A stretch of DNA of 64,000 bases from Glycera tridactyla (taxonomy: Eukaryota). The notes below the pieces were generated by a model, which searched no databases, was not told the DNA's origin, and was given only the letters and a program-made list of their open reading frames with translations. The stretch lies in the NCBI GenBank assembly GCA_965644265.1, contig OZ286459.1, positions 71,052,001 through 71,116,000 on the forward strand. Reading direction: 5' to 3'. Position numbers and translations under genes: made by a program. Every line of letters starts with the position of its first letter. The stretch's first letter is position 1. Positions 1 through 13,800 of the stretch are shown here, in pieces.

Positions 1-1022
1 TACTTGTGCATGCCTTCATTTGTTATCTATCATTCCTGCCACACTCCACATATTCAACAGCTGCAAAACTGCCCCAACAGCTTATGATTAAATGTAATAA
101 CCTAATTCAAAATGTGGCTTGAAGATAATTGAAGTTTCCAAAAGAGTAATGTAGTTTCAGGAAACCATACACTTCACTTGAACTTTTTAGCAATCTTATG
201 CTTATTATACAGGGTATTGGATAAATTTTGAAAGATCTTGCAGTAAGAATACTGAAGAAGAGTATTCGATTATGCATAAAATTTACTTGGTGGCACATGG
301 GATGAGTTGCAGATGACAAAAATTATCGTGAAAGACAGCGGACAATTATGCATGGATCGGGAGTGAGGTAAATCTGATATTAATCAAATGATGACAAGTA
401 TAATATTCTGTGAGCCAGAAAGATGGAGATGTGAGCACATCTGTCACATTCATCAGCTCGCCTGATGATAGTCGATGCAGACTAGACTCATTTCTTACAC
501 TATTACTGATAATTAAATTCATCCAATAAAGTCGACATTTTTATAGGACTGACTGAGAGGCAAAAATATTGGCAGGTCAGGCACTTTGCACATTCTCAAT
601 ATAAACTTTCAAAGCTCTGTATTTTTGTTCAATGACTAACGCTAATCTGAGACTCTAGAAGGATGCAGGCACTTGTTTTGAAGTCAATTTCAAAGGGATT
701 ATCAGGTCATATTATGTATATTTACACGAATGAACCCATATGACCAAAACTCCGAATCAGTAAAAACAATTCATATATTAGAGACTAGAAAATGTGCACA
801 AGGGAAACAGATCAATAAAGGTCCTCAATATGCTGCAGAACGTCTTGATTCAATCAGATTGACAGGTAGCCTGATGGCAAGGCCATGCTTGCACAGTGCC
901 ACAAGGGTGAGGGGACCAGGTGATGAGTGGTACAGTCAAGGGAGCAGGCATTAATTCAGCAGTTCTGGCTTGTCCGCAGCCCGAGGCGAGCGACTGCCCG
1001 CTCCTGATGGCACCAATGTTAC

Positions 1023-1095
1023 CTTCAGTTTTGTCAACCTGAATCTTGCGCGTTGCTGTCGCCTCCATGTATCTCTTGGCTTGGCATGCTTCTGG
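1023..1095 (-). CDS. Weak candidate cassette exon: 69 nt in frame (EACQAKRYMEATATRKIQVDKTEG) or 73 nt with an internal stop
   Basis: Acceptors cctatttgtacag|ccag|, donor AAG|gtaaca; phase 1-1 if the second AG is used. No homology support. Confidence 0.3.
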
Positions 1096-4000
1096 CTGTA
1101 CAAATAGGCACAGTGTGATGATTCATTCTATATTGGTGGTGAGTGTCATTTGCACATCCCTCACTTTTATTACACCCAGGAGACAGCTAGTTTAACTCTT
1201 ACATATGACAAATCCAATGAAGTTATCATAACCCAAGGTTTGATGCTAATACAACATCTAGATTATAATATTATCAAATCCACTAGTTCTCATTTATTTT
1301 TGTCGATCTGCATGAAATTTGAGTTTAATGTAAATGGTCATTTCGCTTTCAAGCAGAGAAACTGTAACTGTAACACAAAATGGGATTTCTCATCCTGTTC
1401 ATATTCTAAGTGATCGAAGCAAAAAATGACCATCAAATTCCTCCATCTGTAACACTACATTCTCCACATCTATATCCTGAGGTTAGATGATATAAGATTC
1501 AAACGCTAGATGATCAAATTATGGTGCCCTTATGTACCAGAAAATCCTGAGAAAGAATCATCGGCTGTAGAAATTGGATCATGATAATGTGATAAAATTC
1601 AACTATACCACTTGAGATTTTGGAACGAAGTGCAGTATCTTTATAGAAAATGCCGGGAGCAAAGCTGATACATGAACATAGCAAGTTGAGGGTTTGTATA
1701 TGTATGACCAATATTTGACCACCCTTCGCCATATATGACGCCTGGGGCCATTTCACAATGAATGCCGAAAATATGAGAGGTTACACATCATTGCTACAGC
1801 TTCCGACAGAATCATTTCTATTGAGAGCACCTTGTTCTTCTAGCAGGACAGGTAATTGAATGTGAAAAAGGCCCCTGATCATCAAATGGCTAGTCAGGCT
1901 TCCTGTCCCGGCTACTATCGGTCCAGATACACATCTATCATGGGCCATATGCTCCCAGATATTATAGCCATTATTCAGTGTCCCATCCAACTTTCGGTCC
2001 TCAAAGAGTTCCCAGAATAATAAAGTAGTTCTTGACTCATGTTTGCACGGATCAGTGTGTTTGTTGAGAAAACAGCAACTCCCGCCGCTAGAAATTTCTA
2101 ATCAGCAAAATGTGATCTCATAGAATCAGAAGTGACAATATTCAACTAATCTCAGCAGTGCCATATTTTTTCAGCAATTCTCAAGATGAACCTTGAGGGC
2201 ATCGATGCATATTTCATGTATGAATAACTTTTCTACACTTGTTTCGAGCGAATATGATAACTAATGTTATAGATATGATGAGATGTGACCATCTGTACAT
2301 ATGTAGGAGTCATACTTCTTGTAGTCTCATAATACCCCTCAGTTTTTAATCTACTCCACTGAGGAATCTTTCAATGAGCTAAAAAATTATGGGGATACTG
2401 GCGAGGACAGGACAACCACAAGAGTCTCAATGGAATAGCCACTTTTTTTTTTTTTTTTTTTTAATACCCAATTGTTGTTTATCCAAGCTTCAAGCTTGAG
2501 CTGATGTGAAGTACTGGCCCTGGCTGTGTCCGGCCCTGGGGTGTGAGGTTGTCCAAGCCTACACTGTGCAATGACCTTAAGCATCAGAGCATCCCTGGAT
2601 TGCCTATTTTGTGTTGCAAATGACCTGAACAAATGACAAGGCAATCTAGATTATCTGTGTAACAAGTAATATGATGCAATATGTCAGAGTTATTACACAA
2701 TACCAGCAATGGCCAGTAGACATTGGCCCCTTGCTCACTGCTGCCCTTTCATCAACACAGCACTGCTCTTATGCAATCCGGCACATTCCAAATCCTCACA
2801 GATCCACTTGCCAGCTGTGCTTTCATTCTTGGGTCAGCTCAGTTGAATACTATTTGGGTGCAAGCAGAGAAAGAGATCTTTTCCTGTGAATAAATAATTT
2901 GTGGCTTTAAATTATTTTCCTGGATGGCATACTCAACTCTAAGATAATTTTCATAGCTGTGGTCAGCAGAGGTGAAGAAAAGACAATATATTATCTTTAT
3001 CTGAAGTGCATAGCAATTTTCCTCGTTACAGTGATCTCTTGAATAGAACTTTAGAGAGATTTTCAAACACATTTCTAAATTTTAGAAATAGGACCTATAC
3101 AAGGACATGCTAATCCAACTATTCACAAAGAAACATGACAGTTTGTAAGATTACTTTTGGGATGTGGGAAATTACTCATGGAAGGAATTGATCAAATATC
3201 TTGTAGGTCTAGGACCAGAGGGCATGGTGATATGGGGAGGAGGAGGGGATTGTTGCATGGACTCAGCAATACCATATGGACTTTGCCATCTCCCAATCGT
3301 TGAGCAATCTCTATGTTCACCAAGGCAGCCCTGCCTCTGACCCAACAACCCGACAACCAACGTAATCAGACAAATGTGCTGTAGTGGCTGTGCAAATGTT
3401 CCCTGTATTGTGTAAACATTGTAATCATCAAATAAATATTCATCAAGCAACGGCTTCCAGCCTACATTTCCATTAGAGTAAGATCAGACCAGACTCGTCT
3501 TACCATGTTCATCCGAATCACATATTTTGGCACGGCAGCAATGGCCATCTTTACTAATTCATGTCCCCTGCTGTGCTGCACTTCTATACGAATGAACTCC
3601 TCTGAGAAAGGCTAGAAACACGCTTTCATCAATCAGGTCTTTACTCAAAATTTCCGTTATGGTCAACTGCTAAAATTTCATGAAAATTAATATTAAGCCA
3701 TTTTTCACAGCATTCCACCCCTCTTTCTAGAGGTGCTGCTTTTCTCATGTATGAGAACTAGTCTCATTTTTAGCCAATGGTTTAAAATGCAAGTCAAGAT
3801 CTTGACTGTTTGAGACAGATGCTACCCTGCTCCAGTGTCCAAGGCTCCTGTGTGAGCCGAATAGAGTCTAATCTGTCTCTCTCACGAGCATGAATTAGGA
3901 AATATCACCATGAGGATCAAAGTGTCAATTCGAAGCCCACTGATGGATGGCATTATGGACAGAAAGCTCATATGTTCATCATGTCTTCTTCATTGATTGG

Positions 4001-4937
4001 ATTTGCGAGGAAGCGGTCTCATCATTGCTCGAGGCAACCTCACTGACATAAATTACTTAACTTCCCATTTGCGTGTATCAACAGAGAAAAGTGAAATTTG
4101 GGCAAATGGATGGGTATCTCAGCCTGCAGGCGTAAGCATCGTGGTCAAAGGTGGTGAGAAGTGAGGATGACGCCAGCCACGTGGCAGGAGACAGTCACCT
4201 GGGGAGGCCCAACCAGGTCCCCGTACTCCATTAACGCTCCCCCTGTACATGTTTGCTGAGATTTGCAATAATCCCAAGGACCATCATCAGAATGCGCCAA
4301 CCCTTCTCTGATGGCCCCTCGGGGGTGCCCGTCAAATCACGCCACTCCGCACCAGCAACACCTTACCACTGGTCACCATGGCAACTAGCATTAGGGCGAG
4401 GCAACCAAATATGGAGTTATGTGCTGCAGCATACAGTTGGCCGTGCTTCACGACCATTTACTGGTCAACGTATTGCATCTTCTGTCTTCAGCCCTAATTG
4501 ATAACCTTTTGCAACCTTCCAAGCCATCACTTTCTATCCCCCTGGTCACCCTCGTGACTGTTGTCCACCTACTTCAAACCTTGAATAATAGATGCCTGCA
4601 ACAACACTTACATTGAGACACACCTACATGGGTATTCCAGTCCATATTGTCCTCAATACATTTTTTATCAGCTCTTCACTTAACCATGTGTATATTGTGA
4701 AATGACCTAGTTGAATGTATACCCAGAATTGTGACGATAAAATCACCCTACAGACAAATTCACCTAAATGACTATGTTAGTTAGTCGATGATGTTAGTCG
4801 ATGACAGAATTGTCTTCCCACAAGATAAACATTGCACATGGATCTGTTCATCTTTACAGGTCTGAAGAAAGAATGGTAGGATTTATGGAGAGGCAGTCAA
4901 TAATGTATTTTGTATTGCATTGTGTATATTTAATTGG

Positions 4938-5357
4938 CAGATATGAGCATGGAAAGTGTGATATAAAGATCTGGAGGGTGTCATTCCAATACATATACAA
5001 TGATGAATAAGGAGGTTCATTCTGCGGTACCTCTATTTTCCATGGTAGAATGAGCCCCACGATCTCCACAATCACTCACAATATCTTATAGATGTATACT
5101 ATTGAAATTGTCTGCACTACTGTATACATTGGCAATGATAGAATTACAGATATGAGCATGGAAAGTGTGATATAAAGATCTGGAGGGTGTCATTCCAATA
5201 CATATACAATGATGAATATGGAGGTTCATTTTGCGGTACCTCTATTTTCCATGGTAGAATGAGCCCCACGATCTCCACAATCACTCACAATATCTTATAG
5301 ATGTATACTATTGAAATTGTCTGCACTACTGTATACATTGGCAATGATAGAATTACA
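4938..5357. repeat. 209-bp direct tandem duplication next to an assembly gap
   Basis: Units start at 4938 and 5147 and differ at the two positions I found (aataagg/aatatgg, cattctg/cattttg). Confidence 0.95.
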
Positions 5358-6067
5358 ACAAGTTTACAACAATTAGAGGTAAAACACAGCAATCAAAATA
5401 TATNNNNNNNNNNNNNNNNNNNNNNNNNNNNNNNNNNNNNNNNNNNNNNNNNNNNNNNNNNNNNNNNNNNNNNNNNNNNNNNNNNNNNNNNNNNNNNNNN
5501 NNNNNNNNNNNNNNNNNNNNNNNNNNNNNNNNNNNNNNNNNNNNNNAGCAATAGCAATGGGATTTCGTCCATATTCAGTGTGTAAAATCACCTTTGTTAC
5601 TCAATAGCTGAGATAGGGATATGCTTTTCAATAACTTCATTTATGCAGTGAATATCTCAACGTCATATACCCATCACAAATCAACTGCAACTTAAATATA
5701 AAAACCATAAATATGATAGTCAATGTGAACTGTATCCACTGGGAATGCTAGATACAGAAATACATGGTATGATTAGAAAAATAAGACTAGAATCAATACA
5801 TCCAATCATTGGGGTTTATTGAGGTGATCATATAAACTAAAGGCATTCATACTGATCTGGAGTACTAGTATGAGTAATGGCAGAGAGATGATAAAAATTT
5901 CAGGTAATTCTAAGGTGCTTCCATGTCCTTCCATGTCTCATGGACCACAAGTGTTATTTTTGCATATTATCTCAATACCTTGATTTTGTTAATGTTCAGA
6001 TATATGAAGTTGCAGCTGACCTGTGATAGGGTGATGAATCAAATATCAACAGAAGAAATTTATTTAC

Positions 6068-6154
6068 CTTCTTTTTGAGCAGTGGTTGGAATAATGGCAG
6101 CTGCATGTTGAGCAAGAGCTTGCTGGAACTGGCCGTAGGCTGCTGGGTAAGTGG
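6068..6154 (-). CDS. CELF3-6: CELF exon, 87 nt, [29 protein letters not shown](G)
   Basis: Acceptor actttgtttcttgcag, donor AAG|gtaaat, phase 1-1; YPAAYGQ...Q[K/R]EG precedes RRM3 in CELF3-6. Confidence 0.96.
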
Positions 6155-7811
6155 CTGCAAGAAACAAAGTAATCTCGTCTTAATCTGTTCAGCAAGAACT
6201 GGCGATGAGGCATTCTACTACGACGACATATGATGCCCACCTATCACAAGTATACATATTAATCACAACTCCAGATCTACTTTGGAAATAATACATCGGA
6301 AGTCAACACCTGATCTGGAAGGGAGGCATCTAGTTGCTATGGTTTCCAGTGAAAATCATACCAACTAGGAGCATCTATATAAATCTGGAATGCTACTTTT
6401 ATAAAAATAATATAGAGATTTATGTACAATTTAAACACTTATATTCCTCACTAAGGAGCCAAGAATGATGAATTTATTGTGTCAATCATCTTAGGCAAAA
6501 TTGGTTATGAATAGGAAATTACATATTTTAGCCAATGTGAATGGATTCTACTAGTGAGGTGAGCATGATATGTTGTCAATCAAGGTAAAAATGGTGCATA
6601 AATGAGTATCATGTACACTCCTAATGATTTCATCACTGAGGTGCAGCTGCTGCTGCTGCAGGTGCTCTCAGCAATATATGATTTTGATCTTATATATCTT
6701 GTATATACATATATCTTATATATCTTGGCATAATCAGCAAAAGCTACCATGAATGGATGGAGGAATAACTTTGGATGATTGCAAGTTAGTAGACAACATG
6801 GTTGAGTATCAACTATTGTCTCTATAGTGTTCACAAGACTGGTTGCATTGGCATCATTTATCTACGATGAAAAGCGTTTGCCAAAAATTCTTATCCTTAA
6901 TAAGTCAATTCAGAGTTGTGCGGACAGGACGTTGAAAAATATGTCCAGATTAAATGCCCCAGTCGTGGTATAAAAATGGGGAATTTGACGTTGCAGTCCT
7001 CTGAGTGATAAAACGAGAATTGAAGCTATCCCAAGCAGCTACTTTGAGAAATATGAACGTTTATATCATAAGCTCTCAGAGATGAGAAATATGAATGTTT
7101 ATATCATAAGCTCTCGGAGATGAGAAATATGAATGTTTATATCATAAGCTCTCAGAGATGAGAAATATGAACGTTTATATCATAAGCTCTCAGAGATGGC
7201 CAATCTAATTTATGTGCAACCTGCCATACTCATAAACAAACATCCTTTATCAAATAATCGATACAAGTCATTAAATGAAACCAAATGGTATTGCAACCAG
7301 AGTTACATTCAGACTTGAGACAAATGGGTTTTCTGTGTTTCTTTACTGGAGATTTTCTCCCCGTTAGTACTCCTCTGGATTCAACCTAAGGAACCAGATT
7401 GATGCCAGTGTGCAGCCTTCTTTTCAGCAACGTCCAACTGGACCTCTGAATAGTTACATACATTTCTTTTATATCTCCCACAGATTTATCCTACAATGGC
7501 TTCTAATGGGGTTGTAGATTTACAGAAATTGACAGTGATATACAAAGTATGTATGTCAAGAGGTATTGCTATACATTTAACAACCAAAGTTCTCTTATTT
7601 ATGCCTCAAAATATCCTATTGAAGAAGACCAACAGCTTTAACTTTATATCATTTCGCCAAAATCTATTTCTCATTAAACAATGTACATGGTATACAGTAT
7701 AACGATAATGCCTATCATGATAATGGCACGATGATGGGAATAACATTGATGATGATGAGAATGAGGATGATGATGATTACACCAATGGCAATGATGATGA
7801 GGTGGAATTTG

Positions 7812-7845
<34 letters not shown>

Positions 7846-10800
7846 CAGCAGTAGCAGAAGTAGTAATAGTAGTTGTAGTGGTGGTGATAGTAATAGTAGT
7901 AGTAGTAGTTGTAGTACTAGTATTAGTATTAGTAGTAGTAATAGTAGCAAGAATAGTGGAAGTAGTGGGGCAGTAGTAGTAGTGGTGGTAGTTGTTGTTG
8001 TAATTGTAGTAAGAGTAGTAGGAGAAGTAGTGGGGGCAGTAGGAGGGGTAGAGCAGGTTTTGCATATGAGTGATTAGCGGAAAAATCATGTGGATGATGG
8101 CATAAGGATGAATGTATTATATCTCATCTAAATCCAATTGCTGAACCCTGCCCATTAGAATGAGAAGCTTCTGTATTGAGAGTAGGTATGATGATTAGTA
8201 TATACATCAAACAAAATGCACACCATGAACTAGACATGGATGACCAGACACTAGGAATACATGGCAACTCTACTGCCAAATCCCAAACAACACACTGAAC
8301 CAATATTATCACATATTAATGGAGCAATCTTTTGCACCTTGGCTATATTCGAAAGCCAGCCATGACTACCAATTAAATTGAGGAAAAAGATTTCTCCGCT
8401 TCTTTAAGAATGGTCATAGGATGAGAACAAAGTACATCATCTCTATCAGAAGTGGAATAGGGCATTGGCAAGTGTGGCTTTCTGAACACAGAATATATAT
8501 AGTTTAGAAATTTCAAATAGATTCGGAAGCTCACAAATAACTTTGCTGCTTCAGGTTACACATGACCCCGGCTCAATGGTAATCCTCGAATTTCACATTC
8601 TAGAATTCAGACTGGAATAAGATGCATGGGAAATCACCAAAGATGTGCATTTTGCATTGACTTTAGTTAACTAAATGAGAGAAGGAAAGATGAGAGAGCC
8701 AGTCTGTATAGGGAAGGGGACACATTGGAACATCAAATATCAATTGACAACACATTCCATGAAGCACACCATCTCTTTCTGTGAAACTAAATTCTACCAT
8801 CATCCTGGGCAAGTTAGGAAACACAGTTGAAGATCATAGACACAGCAAATGTGTTTCTACCATGTTTGCCCTTTCTCTTTCGATATCCATACTTGCAAAT
8901 ATATGCATTGACTACCGCATTTTTATCCTCATGCCATTACCATTCTGAGATGGATCTGAAATGAGCTAAGTGAAACTTGAGGGTTTTTCTGTTTGTGGGA
9001 ATAAGTGCAAGCCTACATTTTAGTAGGCATGTCTGGATATGATCATATAAATTTGCTTGTAACATCAATTCCTCTTGCTAACTATTCCGGCAGTATTTCT
9101 GATTAGCTTACATATATTCCCAAAAGTAATTTCACACTGCATACAATTTACAGTGCACCAGTCAAAAACACAGAAATACTTCATTTGATTATGGATGAAC
9201 AGCTATTGCCACATCATTTCAACTTTCATACTACCTAATGATACCTGAAAGATATACTATCTTAATCCGGTATTTGCGGTTTCGGCCATGTGAGGTCGAT
9301 TCTACCAAATGGAACTTTCCAGTTCAATTTGTGTTCAAGTAATTATGATTTTATACGGTATCAAGGAACACTACCCATGGACTGCTCTGGCTGAATGAGC
9401 TTGGAGCAGTTTGGAAAAATGTTGATGTAGCAACACAGTAAGAAGGCATGCCAAAGCTGTCTTCTTCATGGAATGTTACTTTTTTTTTTACTTTGGTTGC
9501 TGTTTCTTCGACGACAATCACATGCTGGACTGATACTCTAAACAACAGTCAAATTCCAATAAGAACCAAACAAACTGAATATGTAAACCCAGCAAAAACA
9601 CACACATTTTAGATAAATTGTCAAACTCAAACCATATCATTTACACACAATGGATGCCATAACAATTTTAGAATATGCCAAAAATTGGAAAAAAGGACAT
9701 AAAAACAAAACATCTTACAATACCAACCAACACACACCACACACACTGTGTTTGACATCAGCCTCTTAGTTTGAATATGTGTTTTGCATATTTATCTTGT
9801 ATATTTAGTAGAATTCTTTCATCAATTCCCCCAATTCAACCTATCACATATATTACAAAAAAAAAACATATTTGTGAATTTCACATAGACTGGCATCTGA
9901 ATTGTGAAATTCAAGCAACTTCACGAGTTTTCACAATCCATATGCCAAAATATCTGAAAACTATGATGAGCATGTACATATTCAGAGTGCTTTTCCAGTG
10001 ACAATTATCTATATGCCTTCAATCTGATCAGGGGGTAAGGTGGACCAACAGACTGTTTATTTACCAATATGCCCACAGTACTTCAAACTGTGCTGGCACT
10101 GCAGCAGTCACTCTTTTCCAAAAATATTCTTGACACGGCAAAAGAAATGTAACCACATAAAATGTTTAAATGAAGCAACAGATGTGGTGACGATGCGGAT
10201 AGTTAAAGCATTTTTTGGAGGTTAAACATGAGGAAATGCTGCAGCAACACAAGGAGCACAAGTGTGAACACAGTGGTAGTGAAACAAGTCTTGAAGCCTG
10301 AGCATTTGGTGGCACAATTAACAGATCTGGCTTTTACAGTTGCCGCCTGCCCCCAACATCGCAAACAAATGACACTACCATTTTGAAATGAGAGAGCAAT
10401 CATACACAATAGCTCAGAAAAAACCCAAAGTTTGAGTCTAAATTTTGCCACAAATTTTTATGTATAAAATGATATGAATTTTTAGATACAACTCTGTAAT
10501 TTTCAATTGTTTTCAAGTGATAGTGGTTCGTTGTTGATGATTTACACAATGCAAGGGACAGGCTAAAGGAGCATTTGTCTGTCTAGAACTAGCAGAAGTG
10601 CTGATGTAAAACAAAGAAGGTTTCATTACGCAGGCAAATATAGGAGGAGGCGTCACCTATACCGGCGGCGTACTGTTGTACTCCCGAGTAGGCTGGTTGT
10701 AGGGGGTCGCCATTGGCAACCGCTTGTGCTGCAAGAGGCAGAGCTAGACTTAACAAATGGTTACCAAGGGTGAGGCGTCATCACCTTGGTGACATCAAAA

Positions 10801-13800
10801 CACACCCAGCACAATATATACAACACAAATACATTTCAGTCAACCCTGGCATACTTTGACTTCCACCATATCATTTATGGATACAATACATTTGCAATGA
10901 CCAACAAAAAATTGTGATTCATTTGAATTTGACTATGAAGTCCAGTAAGTGGTGTTTGGAAAGCTCAATCAAATCACAACCATGAAATATGGGGAAGGCT
11001 AGAAGCGGGAAGTATTTTTTCAAGTATGACAGGGTTGAAAGCAATCCTGGTCCTGCTGGCCTTCCATATTGATGCTGACTATATGCTTATTCTCATGCAT
11101 ATGAATTATTCTATAGTTCACTAATACAAAAAAGGAAGATTTTTTCATGATTATACAAGCCTGTCTGGGGACTAATAGCACTGGCTATATACTAATTTGC
11201 AAGAATGACACCGGTATAGTTGCTGAATAAATATGGCAATCAGAAAAAGGTGAGAATCCAGACAGTATCATTTGGCCATTGCCTATGTCTCATTTGATAC
11301 TTGATGTGTGCTACTGAGGAATACTTGACTGCCATTTCCTCTGCATCTTTGACTCAAAGTCTGAGATGAACAAAGCAACTAGAACCTCAAATGGATGTTA
11401 TCTTATTTATGGGTGTCAATTGTTTTCAAAACTCCTAACTCAGTGTAACAGAATACAAGCACAAGAGAAAGCATTTGACTAACTAAAATGATATTTCAAT
11501 ACTGAAATAAATTCCATCATAATTTTACCAACTACTGAAGGCTATCCGATCAGAACAAGTAACTGATATGCAAGCTGGAGTGGAGATAGCTGCAGGAGTA
11601 AAAGGTAGAAGAATTTGGAAAAATGATGCTCTGAAAGCAGTGACATCTAGTGCTAGAGAAGGTGTTGCAAAGTTAATGTCCTCCATGAAAAAGGGAGTGA
11701 AAATATTGGCACGTGAAAAATAAGGTGCCCAACAAGTGAATCAATCAGTCATTTCAATCCATGTGAAGACACCCTTTCTCCACGATGTACATCAACTTCC
11801 TGTGAAACTGGAGATAATAATTGCCCTGGAAAGATGCTGATCAATTCTGGATCCTTGTTGAATGATCCTATGAATACTGGTTCACATTGTACATAAGTAC
11901 AAGTGCATGACTGAAGTAGTAAATATCTGTGAGTCATCTAAAGCATGAGTTCTTTTAGGCTTGTGCACAAACGCAATCCCTACATGAATCATGATTAGCC
12001 GTACTGGAAAAAATAACTCTTAATCAATGTTCCAAATCATCATGTGGAATAGAATTATGTAAATGAAAACAAAAGATACAAATTCAAGATTACCTCAAAG
12101 AATAACATGCATGGATGCACATAAGTTATCATATGGAGGCCAAACAGACCAGTTCATCAAACCATTCTAATGTACATGCATGATGTATGAGAACATGTAA
12201 GAGAAATCATTTCAAAATTGAGATGAGACAAATAAGAATGGGATATCCCAGAGTAGAATACATCTGACCAATGAAATCTGAGCCTGATAGCTTGTAAATT
12301 ATCACCTTAACACATATATATATTTCTAGTCTTCAGGACCCCAAATATCTTCCTATCATAGTGGACTGTAAAATTTGCAGAGTGAAGTTTTTGCCTCAAA
12401 ATATGCCCTCCTTCTTGAGCTAACCTGGCAATCATACGTGGAATATATACTTCTGGCAAAGGATGGAATAAAGAAGATGAAATTTCAATTTTTGCTGAGG
12501 AGCTTTTTGTTAGGATACAGGAAGAACTCCATCATTTGATGTAGCATAAATGATGGTAACGATATTTTACTTTGAGTCTAATTAGTCTCATTGCTTAGTG
12601 AGGCATCAGACATTGATTAATGTGCATTGCAGCAGTCTATCAAATCGGTTGAAATCAATGAGCAGCCATGCTGTAATTTAGTCGTTATTTATCATCGGCA
12701 CACATGTGACCATGCTATCTATATTCGCATTATATGAGCCCTGGGTTGGCAGGTACACGTACAATCACTATACCTCGTCAGTACCATTTCTATACTAAGT
12801 GTACCCTATCATCTTCCAATAACACCATATCATCGTTAATTATCATCCCCAATGCTTTGTGAAATCTGATATATATCTATCATCAGATATGAATCGTTCC
12901 TGTTGCCATCGCTGTGACCACCGGATACATTCAGTGATAAGCAATTACCCGCATCATGCAAGCGTCTGTACCAGACGACTTTTCTGTCATTTCTCTGCAG
13001 ATATACCCACAACCAGCAAGCACCTGCCTCACGGGATTGAAATCGGAGAAATTCAAGGTGCTCTCTTACTACAGCTTTCATGTAACTGTCGCGGTGTCAA
13101 ATAGTTGATATGAACAGTTTCTTGTAGTTGTCATAAATTTGTATTTATAGAGCTGTTCATCCTGTATGAGGAGAATGTGAAAATTCAAGTCCATGCTGCT
13201 GTTTTTTTTCTCGCATTCACAGTAATTCACTGGAATCACAGTGGTTCACTACAATCACAAAGGTTCACTACAATCTCAGTGGTTCACTACAATCACAGTG
13301 GTTCACTACAATCACAGTGATTCAGGAGAGTATTATCTTGTCTCTGCTAATGACCTTGACGCAAGTGATGCATTGATTCCTTAGATGAGTATAGATGCAA
13401 GGAACTAATTGATTATTCATTGAAAGCCAGTCAAGCATCCAATGCAGGATTTACCTCGACGTCATTCTCGATGACGTGATATACTTCAAACGAGAACATC
13501 GTGCAACCTGGTGTCCGATAGAGAAAAGACTTTTGTACACATTGCTCGCAAGGACTTATGGATAGATAGAGCATGTTTGCAGATGCATGAAAATTGAGGT
13601 GTTTGGCGTCACAGCATTCTGAGTATGAGTTTATTGACTGCAAGATATTTTTTCCTATACTGTTCCGAATGCTCTGCTGAAATACAGATGACTGAAAAAT
13701 TCCAAAAGTCAATGAGTGATGAAAAGGATCATTCTCTTCAGAGAAATCACTATAGTTCAAGTCCTATCCTTTGACGATCCTGATACACACTGATTTCTGT

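Noticed and set aside
1-6060. RRM3 exon (GPEGCNLFIYHLP...)
   Set aside because: Not found; presumably left of position 1 or in the 5404-5546 gap.
6620-6680. (CAG)n patch reading [10 protein letters not shown]
   Set aside because: No usable acceptor or donor; ends in a stop.
7715-8089. Overlapping poly-T/V/S ORFs
   Set aside because: Artefacts of trinucleotide repeats.
13431-13760. 109-aa Cys/His-containing minus-strand ORF, perhaps a transposon relic
   Set aside because: I could not match any motif; it needs blastx or HMM searches before any call.
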